Positions 1 to 10,149 of a DNA stretch of 64,000 nucleotides are shown here, piece by piece. Below the pieces are notes generated by a model that ran no database searches, was not told the origin of the DNA, and saw only the letters and a program-made list of their open reading frames with translations. The stretch comes from Spirochaetota bacterium (GTDB lineage Bacteria; Spirochaetota; UBA6919; CBDBPB01), in the NCBI GenBank assembly GCA_965208615.1, contig CBDBPB010000006.1:64001-128000 (forward strand), in the 5' to 3' direction. Position 1 is the first letter of the stretch, and the number at the start of each line of letters is the position of its first letter. The position numbers and the translations under genes are program-made.

Positions 1-2
1 TT

Positions 3-563
3 ATAGAGCTGGATAAAGATATTAATTATAGGTCTATATCTTATCCTTTTGGTATTATGGATGACTTTAGATATATTTATGCTAAGCCTTGTGATGGGCT
101 TATTATAAATTATATTATTAGTTATAGTCATCCTATGTTAGAGAGGCAGTATTATAGGTTTAGATATTCGAGGGATAATTATATTAATGAGCTCTCTATG
201 GCAAGGACTTTTGGATTTATTAATCACTGGGATAGCTTAAAAGAACAAGGTTTGGCATTGGGAGCGAGTCGTGATAATGTAATAATATTTACTGAGGATG
301 GCATTTTAAACCCACCGCTTAGGTATTTGGATGAGTGTGTTAGGCATAAGGTATTGGATTTTATTAGTGCCTTATCTCTTTTGAGTTATAGGATAAACGG
401 GGAGTTTTATATATATAGGTCTGGTCATACTATGGATATTAGGTTTATGAGATTATTAAGTTCTATACTTGATAATGGCTTATCAAGGGCTGGTATAGAC
501 AGTGTAAAAGAGCGATCAAGGGTTATATCTGAGTTTGTTAGTAAGGACTTTGATATTTGTTAA
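3..563 (+). CDS. lpxC: UDP-3-O-acyl-N-acetylglucosamine deacetylase, C-terminal part (5' end lies outside the window)
   Basis: Frame is open from position 3; LpxC motifs ARTFGF, GLALGASRDN, LRYLDECVRHKVLD (HKxLD Zn motif) and SGH. Confidence 0.88.
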   Translation: MELDKDINYRSISYPFGIMDDFRYIYAKPCDGLIINYIISYSHPMLERQYYRFRYSRDNYINELSMARTFGFINHWDSLKEQGLALGASRDNVIIFTEDGILNPPLRYLDECVRHKVLDFISALSLLSYRINGEFYIYRSGHTMDIRFMRLLSSILDNGLSRAGIDSVKERSRVISEFVSKDFDIC

Positions 564-1383
564 TTATATTTTGATAATAGTTAGTTTTTTTTATATTACC
601 CCGCTTATGGTATCCATTTATAAGTATCTTTGATTTTTCTAATATTGTTTTAATAGTTTCGTTTCGGTTTTTGGGATTAAGGTTAGTATTATTTATCATT
701 TTCAACATAGACTTTACTCTATAGCTATCCATGGCTATATATTTTTTAGATAGTTGATCACTATGCCCGCCGTATTTTGTTATAAGGGGTTTATCTATAA
801 AGTGGATGGGGTATTTTGCTGATAATCTAAGCCAATAGTCATAGTCCTCACAGGCGGGTAAGGATTCATCAAATAAGCCTATATCGTTTATGACTTCTCT
901 TTTCATGATTATGGAAGAGGGGCTAATAATACATAGTTTAAGGCAGTTTATATAAATATTACCTGAATATTTAGCATGTTTTTTCTTTTGATTAACTTTT
1001 ATACCGTTTCTAATCCATATTTCATTGGTATAGCAAATATTATATTCAGATTGGTTTAGGAGAAAGTTCATTTGCAATTCAAGTTTATTTTTATGCCAAA
1101 GGTCATCTGAGTCTAAGAATGCGATAAACTCACCATTGGCATTTTGTATACCAATATTCCTTGCACTACTAACTCCTTTATTGGGCTGATAAATATATCT
1201 GACATTATTCTTTTTTAAGAGGCTGTATGTTTTATTAAAAGTGTTATCGTTAGAGCCGTCATCGATTATTATTATCTCAATGGGGTTATAGCTTTGTTTT
1301 AGAACACTATTAAGGGCATTTATTATTACAGAGCTTCTGTTAAAGGTTGGTATAATAGCGGTTATAAGGGGATTACTTTTCAT
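538..1383 (-). CDS. Glycosyltransferase family 2
   Basis: IIPTFNR, IIIDDGSND, NKGVSSARNIG, FLDSDD and EDYDYWLR motifs. Confidence 0.92.
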   Translation of the reverse strand: MKSNPLITAIIPTFNRSSVIINALNSVLKQSYNPIEIIIIDDGSNDNTFNKTYSLLKKNNVRYIYQPNKGVSSARNIGIQNANGEFIAFLDSDDLWHKNKLELQMNFLLNQSEYNICYTNEIWIRNGIKVNQKKKHAKYSGNIYINCLKLCIISPSSIIMKREVINDIGLFDESLPACEDYDYWLRLSAKYPIHFIDKPLITKYGGHSDQLSKKYIAMDSYRVKSMLKMINNTNLNPKNRNETIKTILEKSKILINGYHKRGNIKKTNYYQNIINKYQSPY

Positions 1384-1540
1384 TTTTTATATATTTAATA
1401 TTTTAAGTTATATATTGTGTTAACCCTTTATATTTTAAGCTTTAAAGGATATATTATAGTAATATTATAACATTTTGTCAAACGGGGATAAGCTTTTAAT
1501 AAATGTTTTATCTGATAGTACTATTAAGTTGTGTGGTACA

Positions 1541-1583
1541 TGTATTTTAGTGTATACATATTTGTACAGTTAAATATAGTAAA
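1541..1583 (+). repeat. Dispersed intergenic repeat, copy 1
   Basis: TGTATTTTAGTGTATACATATTTGTACAGTTAAATATAGTAAA; near-identical to 24046-24092 and partly to 29424-29454 (minus). Confidence 0.8.
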
Positions 1584-1598
1584 TTGTTTGAGGGTTTT

Positions 1599-2933
1599 AT
1601 GAAAATTAGTTTATCTGGTATTCGCGGTATAGTGGGGCAAGACTTAACTCCAGAGTTCATTTTAAACTATGCTATGGCTTTTGCTAGTACTATTAAGTCA
1701 AAGGGTTTAGTAGGCATTGCTATGGATGGACGTAAGAGTGGTGATATGTTAAAATATGCTATAATAGCGGGATTAGTTAGTTGTGGTGTAGATGTTCTTG
1801 ATCTTGGTATTTCTACAACCCCGACTTTGTTATTTAGCATAAGAAATAAGAATCTTGATGGAGGGGTTATGATAACTGCCAGCCATAATCCAGAGGAGTA
1901 TAACGGTATTAAATGGGCTAGCAAAGAAGGCAGATTTTTAAATTCTAAAGAGTGGAGTGATGTTAATAAGATTTATAATAAAAAGAATTATAGGCTTAAG
2001 GATTTTAATCATACTGGAGAAGTAGTTCCATACTTTAATGCCAATGATGATCATATAAATAATGTACTTAAACTCGTTGATGTGGATAAAATACGCTCTA
2101 AAAGCTTTAGGGTTGCCTATGATCCTGTTAATAGCTCTGGTTCTTTAATAACTCTACAGTTATTAAAGTTATTGGGTTGTGAACTATATTCAATTAATGG
2201 CAATACCAAAAATAGATTTGCAAGGAATCCTGAACCTACTCCTGATAATATAAAAGGGTTAGAGGAGTTAGTTTTAAAAGAGTCATGCGATATAGGTTTT
2301 GCTTTAGACCCTGATGGAGACAGGCTTTCTATTGTATCGGATAAGGCTATTGCTATTGGTGAGGAGTATACTTTATTACTTGTTGCTGATCAATATCTTA
2401 AGGCTAATAAATCGGATATAGTTGTTAATATTTCTACATCCAGAATGGTGGATGATCTATCTGCAAAGTATGGCGTTAATGTTATTAGAACAAAGGTTGG
2501 TGAGATAAACGTTATAGATAAGATGCTTAAGCATAACTATAGTATAGGTGGAGAGGGTAATGGGGGAGTTATTATACCAGAGATTAATTTATGTCGGGAT
2601 AGTTTAGTTGCTATGGTTATGGTACTTAGTTCTATGGTTCATAATAACTCTAATGTGAGTGAGCTAATCAAAAGGTTTAATAAATATTATTTTATAAAGG
2701 ATAAAATTGAGGTTGATATAGATTTTGCATTACTCTACAAAAAGCTTGAGCAAATATATTCTCGTTCTAGTATTTTTATATTGGATGGTATTAAGGTTGA
2801 GCAAGAGGATTATTGGATACAAATTAGGGAGTCTAATACTGAGCCTATTATTAGGGTGTTTGTTGAGGCTAAGTCTAAAGGGCTTGCAAGAGAGCAAATT
2901 GATAAGATTAAAAACTTATGTAAGGGCTTCTAG
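1599..2933 (+). CDS. glmM: Phosphohexomutase, GlmM/phosphomannomutase family
   Basis: SGIRG, ITASHNP (phospho-Ser), DPDGDR metal loop, GEGNGG, RESNTEP. ATG at 1599 preferred over TTG at 1584. Substrate specificity cannot be fixed from motifs. Confidence 0.75.
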   Translation: MKISLSGIRGIVGQDLTPEFILNYAMAFASTIKSKGLVGIAMDGRKSGDMLKYAIIAGLVSCGVDVLDLGISTTPTLLFSIRNKNLDGGVMITASHNPEEYNGIKWASKEGRFLNSKEWSDVNKIYNKKNYRLKDFNHTGEVVPYFNANDDHINNVLKLVDVDKIRSKSFRVAYDPVNSSGSLITLQLLKLLGCELYSINGNTKNRFARNPEPTPDNIKGLEELVLKESCDIGFALDPDGDRLSIVSDKAIAIGEEYTLLLVADQYLKANKSDIVVNISTSRMVDDLSAKYGVNVIRTKVGEINVIDKMLKHNYSIGGEGNGGVIIPEINLCRDSLVAMVMVLSSMVHNNSNVSELIKRFNKYYFIKDKIEVDIDFALLYKKLEQIYSRSSIFILDGIKVEQEDYWIQIRESNTEPIIRVFVEAKSKGLAREQIDKIKNLCKGF

Positions 2934-3017
2934 CCTCTTTTGTAATACTAAATATATTTTAGATATTACCTATCAATAAAGTTAATAATAAATTAGTAAT
3001 AATTAGAGGATAATAAA

Positions 3018-4690
3018 ATGATGAAAAAAGCAATTAAACTTTTTGACGATAATATGCAAAAACTAAGTGTCAAGATTAATTCTATTCCACATATAGAATC
3101 CATAAAAGCTAACATTGACCCTTTTATCATTCCATTTTTATATAGTATGTTTATTTATATTTTTATTGTTACTGCTTGGTATGGTGATGATTCTTATATT
3201 ACATTTAGAACTATAGATAACTTTGTAAATGGATATGGTTTAACTTGGAATATCTCAGAGAGGGTTCAAGTATATACTCACCCATTATGGATGTTTTTAG
3301 TGAGTTTCTTTTATTTTTTTACTCATGAGGTATATTTAACTGTTATTTTTATTTCATTTATTTTATGTTTATTGGTAATTTATACTATCCATAAAAGGTT
3401 TAGTACGTATAATTCAAAAATAAAGAAATTAGATTTAGTTTTTTTCTTTTGTTTAATTTTGAGTTCAAAGGCTTTTATGGATTATACTGCTTCTGGGTTA
3501 GAGAATCCTCTTTCATTTTTATTGGTTACACTTTTTTATACTAAGCTGCTTTGGTCTAAAAAGAGTTTTTCTCAATTTTCATCTAAGGACATATTAGTTT
3601 TTTTTCTTTATTTCTTCTTTAGCCTTTGTAAATAGAATGGATACAATATTATTGTTTATTCCGGCTTTATTATTACTATTTTATTTTAACTTTAGAAAGA
3701 TTGGGTGGAAGTGGGTTATATTTATTTTTTTAGGATTTTTTACCTAGTATTTTATGGATAGCTTTTTCTATTATATATTATGGTTTTCCTTTTCCTAATA
3801 CAGCTTATTCTAAGCTCAATAATACTTATGGTTTAATAGCTTCTTTTATTCAAGGGTTATACTATTTCAAGTTTACTTTAAAATATGATATTTTTTCACT
3901 TTTAATAATTTTTATACCGTTTTTCTATTATAGGCATATAAAAAAAGAAAAAGATTATAAGAGTTTTGCCCTGATTGCTTCTATTTTGTTGTATTGTCTA
4001 TATATATTAAAAATAGGGGGAGATTTTATGGGAGGCAGGTTTTTTACAATACCTTTTTTATTAAGTTCTATATTTCTATTAGCTAACTCCACAGAAAAGC
4101 AAAAGAAAATCTTAATTCTATTTGCAATTATTAGTTCTCTAATATTAATTTTACTTTTTAAAGTAAATATTTATAAAAAACATATACTATTTACAGAGAA
4201 TCATGGGGTAACAGACGAAAAGTATCATTATTTTTTTGCCACAGGTTTAGTTAATCAACTTAATAAATTCTATCCTGGTTTTTTTTGGTATAAAGATGGC
4301 TTGAAACTAAGAGAAGAAGTAATAAATAAAAAAACAAAAAAAGTAATACTTTTTAATAACATAGGTTTTATAGGCTTTACCTCTGGTCCTAAAGTTCATA
4401 TTATTGATAAGTTTTCTTTACCAGATCCATTACTTTCTAAATTACCTGGTTCAGGAAGGATTGGACATCTTGAGCGTCAAATCCCAGATGGGTATGTTGA
4501 GTCAGTCGTTAAAGACGATAATTTAATTGTTGATCCTAATTTAAAACAGTATTATGATAAGATAAAGATAATAACTCAAGGTCCTATTTGGAGTAAAGCC
4601 AGGTTTGAAACTATTTATAAAATGAATATGGGCTATTATGATTTTTTAATTGATAATTACCTAAATAATGAGCTTCATACTAAAAAATAG
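3018..4690 (+). pseudogene. Polytopic GT-C glycosyltransferase (AftB/arabinofuranosyltransferase-like) split by two +1 frameshifts in T runs
   Basis: ORF 3018-3635 (DDSYITFR, GYGLTWN, ERVQVYTHPLW, SGLENPL) continues in the next frame as ..NRMDTILL.., then in the third frame as ..YYGFPFPNTAYSK.. into ORF 3986-4690 (GGDFMGGRFF, RIGH). Removing one T from T8 (3598-3605) and one from T7/T6 (3725-3741) gives one ORF of about 556 aa. Confidence 0.8.
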
Positions 4691-4890
4691 AAGTATATTT
4701 AACATATTTTAGATACAGTATAAAATAGTAATCATTTTTTTACATAATATTTAGGCTTTTTGTTCTACAAGGCAATATAGAAAACATTTATTTTGACGTT
4801 AGATGTTAAAAGGTGGGGATAAACTAAATATAATAATTTTCAATTAAAACAATAAATAACAATTTAGAACAAAAAATAACGGTATAACTA

Positions 4891-5487
4891 ATGGAACTTA
4901 TAATTGCATCTACTAACAAAGGTAAGATTAAAGAAATAGGGGAAATACTAAAAGGTTTGCCCATATCATTATCTTCATTGATTGACTATAACGACATTCC
5001 TGATATTATTGAGGATGGCAGTACTTTTTTGGAGAACGCTATGATCAAGGCTAAAACCGTATATGATTTATTTAAAAAGCCTGTATTAGCCGATGACTCT
5101 GGATTAGTTATACCTGCATTAAATGGTGAACCTGGTGTTAGATCTGCACGTTATGGATCGGATGATGGAGAAAAACCTAAACCTGATATTTTAATAAAGC
5201 GGGTACTAAAAAATATGACTGGTATATCTAAAAGAAAGGCATATTTTAAGGCAGTTATTGTATTATTTTTGGGTTATGATAATCATATTGCAGTAGAGGG
5301 TGAGTGTTATGGAGAGATTGCTGATAAACCTATGGGCAATAGGGGATTTGGTTATGATCCTATATTTTATTTATCTCAGTATAATAAGACTATGGCTCAG
5401 ATAGAGCCTGAACAAAAAAATGCTATTAGTCATAGGGGTATAGCCTTAGTTAAACTGAGGGACAGCTTGTCATCTCTATTTAATTAG
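4891..5487 (+). CDS. rdgB: Non-canonical purine NTP pyrophosphatase (RdgB/HAM1)
   Basis: ASTNKGK, ADDSGL, GEPGVRSARY, GFGYDPIF, ISHRG. Confidence 0.95.
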   Translation: MELIIASTNKGKIKEIGEILKGLPISLSSLIDYNDIPDIIEDGSTFLENAMIKAKTVYDLFKKPVLADDSGLVIPALNGEPGVRSARYGSDDGEKPKPDILIKRVLKNMTGISKRKAYFKAVIVLFLGYDNHIAVEGECYGEIADKPMGNRGFGYDPIFYLSQYNKTMAQIEPEQKNAISHRGIALVKLRDSLSSLFN

Positions 5488-5518
5488 GCTTGCCATATTA
5501 AAAATTGCTATAAAAATG

Positions 5519-5547
5519 TTGACTTACTATTAGCTTATAAATATATT
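5519..5547 (+). promoter_or_regulatory. Candidate sigma70 promoter
   Basis: TTGACT-N17-TATATT upstream of the 5584 ORF; matches are easy to obtain in AT-rich DNA. Confidence 0.4.
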
Positions 5548-5583
5548 TCTGTGGTATAATTAGTCAATAAATGGTATTTTTAA

Positions 5584-6588
5584 ATGAAAAAGTTTATATG
5601 TATACTTATTTTGTTAATTATTTTATGCGGTGGTATAACTGGGGCATATTTAAGCTATGTGTTGGTTGAGCCTTGGGATATCGTATTTATAAAAACTAAG
5701 TTTCGTTCGTATAAGCAATATAATGAGGGAAAATATTTTTTTCCAGAAAGACTTATGTTTTGGGAGCCAAAGGCATTTGTAATTTTTAAGGTATATACTA
5801 ACTCTATTACTACAACAAATAATATTACAATTAATTTACCTCCTATAAGTCTTATTAATAGTATACAAAAAAAGCTTGGGCTTAAAAAAGATAGTCTTAA
5901 AATTAAGTATTTTATTAGTCTAACGTATAAGCTATCAATTGATTATCAAGGAAGACGAATATTAAAGGACTACTCTAGTATTGCTGAATTTAGGAGTTAC
6001 TTTAAAGAGTGGCTTAGCAAAAAGAGTAAGAACTTGGCTAATCAATACCTACTATTACACCTAGATAAAAATAATACCATTGAAATTAAGGATATTTTAA
6101 AAGAACTTGATAATTTACTTATTAAAGAAATAGAAAATAAATATTCTAGTAAGGATATTATAATATCTAAGGATAAGGCTATACATTATCTTAGCCAGTC
6201 CACTGATCTGAACCACTATTTTAGTCTTTATAGGCAGGCAAAGACTTTTGAAAAAGACTTTTTAGTTCAGCAATTAGACCATATTAAGTCTAAGGAAAAA
6301 GAGATAGCCTTAGTAGACATAGAAAAACAGACAGAAAAACAAAAAAGTAAAATAGAAGTCGAACAACTTAAACTCTATGGAGAGCTTTTTAAGAAGTATC
6401 CACAACTTCTAAACTATTTATATTTAAAAAAGCTTTCTGATAATGTTAAAATTATAGTTGTACCAAAAGACTCTAAAAATATATTTTCACCTTTTGTTTT
6501 ATCGAATAGTGCTAAAAAGACTTTTAACAAAAAGAATAGTAGTATAAAGACGAATAGTACTATAAAAGAAAAGATTAATAAACCATAA
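5584..6588 (+). CDS. Membrane-anchored protein, possibly divergent SPFH/band-7 family
   Basis: N-terminal TM helix, a charged coiled-coil, and a C-terminal 'KYPQLLNYLYLKKLSDNVKIIVVP' resembling SPFH/prohibitin C-termini. Confidence 0.5.
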   Translation: MKKFICILILLIILCGGITGAYLSYVLVEPWDIVFIKTKFRSYKQYNEGKYFFPERLMFWEPKAFVIFKVYTNSITTTNNITINLPPISLINSIQKKLGLKKDSLKIKYFISLTYKLSIDYQGRRILKDYSSIAEFRSYFKEWLSKKSKNLANQYLLLHLDKNNTIEIKDILKELDNLLIKEIENKYSSKDIIISKDKAIHYLSQSTDLNHYFSLYRQAKTFEKDFLVQQLDHIKSKEKEIALVDIEKQTEKQKSKIEVEQLKLYGELFKKYPQLLNYLYLKKLSDNVKIIVVPKDSKNIFSPFVLSNSAKKTFNKKNSSIKTNSTIKEKINKP

Positions 6589-6667
6589 TCAAAGTAATTA
6601 GCTTTATAATAGTTATAAATTTGTACTATTCAAGTTTTTATTTAAAATATACATTGGATTATTTATC

Positions 6668-7603
6668 GTGAAATCATTAGGTTATATATTAATAGTAACT
6701 GTTTTTATTTTTTTATCCTGTAGTAAAGAGGCTGACAGCAAAAAAGAAGATTTAAAAACTAAAGCTACTCAAGAAGTTGTATACTATAGTTTAGAAAATA
6801 GTATTAAAAAATCAGATAATGTTTATCATCTTGATCTAAGAGGGAACAGTTTAAAAACTCTTTCTAGTAAGATAAAATATTTTGTTAAGTTAAGATCTTT
6901 AAAGTTAGGCTCAAACTATATAAGCGAACTGCCTGATGAAATTAGCTCTTTGAAAAACTTAGAATCCCTTTATTTAAACGAAAACAAGCTTATTAAACTA
7001 CCTGGGGGTATTGATCAGCTAAAAAACCTAACTACCTTAGACTTAAAGGATAACCAACTAACTGAACTACCTAAGGGACTGTTTAAGCTAAATAAACTAA
7101 CCCAGCTTAATCTGGATTTTAATAAGCTAAAAAGTTTATCTGAGGATATAAAGCAGTTAAAAAATCTAAAGTTAATTGATTTAAGCAGAAATAGTTTAAA
7201 AAGTATCCCTTTTTCTTTGACTAGCCTACCTAAATTAGAAGTTCTTTATTTAAATGGTAATGAGCTTAGTAGATTGCCAAAAATTAATAGTGAAGTTAGG
7301 TCTTTAATAAGTTTGGACTTAAGTCAAAATAGTTTTATTGAATTTAATGAAGAGCTAAGCAAATTAATAAATCTTGAAGATTTAAATTTACAGGGTAACC
7401 AAATAACTAAGCTACCTATAGACTTTGGTAAACTTGTAAAGCTTAAAAAACTAGTCTTAACTGATAATAATCTTAAAGAATTGCCTAATAGTATTAGTAA
7501 GTTAGAAAGACTGCAATATTTATTTATAAAAAAGAATCCTATTAGTAAGGCTAATATTAAAAAGATAAAAGATCTATTACCAAATTGTATAATAGATTAT
7601 TAA
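6668..7603 (+). CDS. Leucine-rich-repeat lipoprotein
   Basis: Signal peptide with lipobox-like IFLSC; about 10-11 tandem 23-aa repeats LxxLxLxxNxLxxLPxxIxxLxx; LRR cap 'KIKDLLPNCII'. Confidence 0.92.
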   Translation: MKSLGYILIVTVFIFLSCSKEADSKKEDLKTKATQEVVYYSLENSIKKSDNVYHLDLRGNSLKTLSSKIKYFVKLRSLKLGSNYISELPDEISSLKNLESLYLNENKLIKLPGGIDQLKNLTTLDLKDNQLTELPKGLFKLNKLTQLNLDFNKLKSLSEDIKQLKNLKLIDLSRNSLKSIPFSLTSLPKLEVLYLNGNELSRLPKINSEVRSLISLDLSQNSFIEFNEELSKLINLEDLNLQGNQITKLPIDFGKLVKLKKLVLTDNNLKELPNSISKLERLQYLFIKKNPISKANIKKIKDLLPNCIIDY

Positions 7604-7607
7604 TAAT

Positions 7608-10067
7608 CTATTTCTTAGTAAAGACAGATACACCATCCCATGATTTTTCTGGTGGAGTGGCCATATAATACATAGATCTTTCTAAGAATATTTTAGAGGG
7701 TTCGTCATAAGGTTTTATTTTTAAACAGTTAGCAAAAATATTAATTGCCTCTTTGAAGTCGCGATTAAAATATTTGTCTAATCCTCTTTCAAACTTATAT
7801 ATAAAGTTACTTTCTATAATTGATATACCCTTTTTTGTATCCACAACCTCATATATACTACTGGGTTCAGTTTTTCCTTTTACTGTAACCATATCAAGTT
7901 TTCTTAATTTTATTTTATCCTTAACTAGTTGTTGTGTAGCTTCACCGCAAATAATATTAGTATTATAATATTTATTTAGGCCTTCTAGTCGGCTGGCTAG
8001 GTTAACGGTATCACCAATTACTGTATAATTAAATCTGGCTTTAGAACCCATATTTCCAACAATAACCTTTCCAGTATTAATGCCAATTCGAGCATTATAT
8101 GAAGGCATATTTTTAGACTCCCATTTTTTTTGTAATCCAATTAATCTTTTTTGATTTTCAATAGCAGACTTACACGCTAAAAAGGCATGCTCTTCACAAT
8201 CTTTAGGAGCCCCCCAAAAAGCCATAATAGCATCACCAATATATTTATCTATAGTTCCTGAGTTATCGGATATAATAGTACTCATTTCGTCTAAATATTC
8301 AGAGAGAGAGAAAACTAACTCTTGGGGATTAAGTTTTTCTGAAATACTTGTAAAGTTAGCTATATCAGAAAAGAATATGCTTATAGATTTACTTTCTCCT
8401 TCTAACTTAGCCTCTTGACCAGACTGTATAAGATATCTCACAAGTTCTGAGGGTACATATTTTTCAAAAGACCTTAAGCCAATTTCCATATTGTAGAAAG
8501 AGCTACTCATTTGATCTATCTCAGAAAGGGCTGTTTTGATTTTAATAGGGTTAGTTAAGTCAAACTGTCTAACTTTTTTAGTTTCTTTAACTAAATCGTT
8601 AAGAGGCTTTGATACCTTAGATGCCATAATAATAATAGCAATAATAGATATAAGTAGTATAAATATAGAAACTCCAAGGTTAATAAAGGTATTATTTTTA
8701 ACAACAGACATAAAATCATCTTCTGGTACAACAATTCCTACCATCCAGTTCCAATAGGAGCCTTTTGGGAACGGGGATAAAATAAAAAGATATCTAGTAT
8801 CATTATGATCAAAAGTATAACGTTTTGTATTTTTGAGCTTATATTGTCCTTTATTTGCTTTAATATTTGCTTGTTGAAAGGCTACTTTATATAATTTCAC
8901 TTTACTTTCTTGAATAGGTGTAAGTTTAAACTTGTATCCAGTAATTCTTTGCGGATTATTAGGATCATCTCTTTTAGCAATTTGTTTTACTAATGATTTT
9001 AATTCTTGTTTAATTACTTTTTCTTTTTCTTGTGGATCTTTAATCTTTGAATTTTCTGGAGCATAAGCAAGGATTTCGGCTTTATCTGTTAGGATAAATA
9101 CCTTACCCGACTTTCCTATTATAAGGTTGGCAAGATATTCAGTAGATATTTCTGTTAGACTAAGGTCTACTCCATATACTCCCTCGATCTGATTTTTTTT
9201 ATTAGGTATTACTATAGAGCAAGTAATACCAGGAGTTTGGTCAGAATAGAAAACATAAGCATCTGTCCAGTGTATATCAACAGGATTATTAGTTTTATTA
9301 GCAATTTTAAATTGTTTTTCTGCACCCTTATACCACGGTCTTTGTTTTGGATTATATGCTTCACTAGATAGCTCAATAGTATTAGTAAAGTTGATAGTTT
9401 CTTCTATTACAGAATAAAATTTAATGTTAGTATGGTTCCATACTATTACTGCAATATGCTTTAGTTTTTTTTTGTCTATTTTATCATTTATACCTTTTAC
9501 TTTTAGTTGTTGTTCAGGGGTAAATCTTAAGACATACTTCATAGAAATTGATTTATCCCTCATTCTTTTTACCATAAAGAAGTCTTCATCTTTATCGCCA
9601 TAGTGGAACATACTTATATGCTTATAGGCACTAAGGAGGCTAAATGAATAATCGACTAGCTGTTTTCTCTTTAACAGTTTAGGGAAGAGTAATGCTTTAA
9701 GTTTTTTTTTTGTTAGTGAATATTTTTTTAATGTTTCATTATCATAGTATTTTATGATTTTATTAAGATCTTTTAGAGTTTTTTTATAGGGTAGACTATT
9801 TATAGAGGGATTATAATCACTAATATTTTGTAATATTTTATTATTTGTTAGTTCGAATCCAATGAACCCTCCTTTATCTGCAGATTTTAAATAGTTAATT
9901 GTATTATTTATTACTGCACTTGAGGTAGATTGAATAAGGTTATTTAGTACGTTATTTACAGAGTCTTTACCCATAAAATATGATATGGATATTACAATAC
10001 TAAAGCTTATTATGATAAGTCCTGCTACTGATACTAAAAAGGCAGTTCTAACCTTAACTTTCATCAA
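7608..10067 (-). CDS. Membrane class III adenylate cyclase: TM-periplasmic Cache-TM-HAMP-cyclase-TPR-like tail
   Basis: Cache-like YNPKQRPWY, WTDAYVFY, GVYGVD; HAMP KPLNDL..EIDQM; intact catalytic motifs FFSDIANFT, DKYIGDAIMAF, GDTVNLASRLE (Lys specificity residue suggests ATP). Confidence 0.92.
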   Translation of the reverse strand: MMKVKVRTAFLVSVAGLIIISFSIVISISYFMGKDSVNNVLNNLIQSTSSAVINNTINYLKSADKGGFIGFELTNNKILQNISDYNPSINSLPYKKTLKDLNKIIKYYDNETLKKYSLTKKKLKALLFPKLLKRKQLVDYSFSLLSAYKHISMFHYGDKDEDFFMVKRMRDKSISMKYVLRFTPEQQLKVKGINDKIDKKKLKHIAVIVWNHTNIKFYSVIEETINFTNTIELSSEAYNPKQRPWYKGAEKQFKIANKTNNPVDIHWTDAYVFYSDQTPGITCSIVIPNKKNQIEGVYGVDLSLTEISTEYLANLIIGKSGKVFILTDKAEILAYAPENSKIKDPQEKEKVIKQELKSLVKQIAKRDDPNNPQRITGYKFKLTPIQESKVKLYKVAFQQANIKANKGQYKLKNTKRYTFDHNDTRYLFILSPFPKGSYWNWMVGIVVPEDDFMSVVKNNTFINLGVSIFILLISIIAIIIMASKVSKPLNDLVKETKKVRQFDLTNPIKIKTALSEIDQMSSSFYNMEIGLRSFEKYVPSELVRYLIQSGQEAKLEGESKSISIFFSDIANFTSISEKLNPQELVFSLSEYLDEMSTIISDNSGTIDKYIGDAIMAFWGAPKDCEEHAFLACKSAIENQKRLIGLQKKWESKNMPSYNARIGINTGKVIVGNMGSKARFNYTVIGDTVNLASRLEGLNKYYNTNIICGEATQQLVKDKIKLRKLDMVTVKGKTEPSSIYEVVDTKKGISIIESNFIYKFERGLDKYFNRDFKEAINIFANCLKIKPYDEPSKIFLERSMYYMATPPEKSWDGVSVFTKK

Positions 10068-10149
10068 TATCTCCCAATTTTAATGTAGTCACTGTTTAGA
10101 CTATTAGTAAGCTTAAGGATTTTCATCTAATTTTATTTTTATCTTTCAT

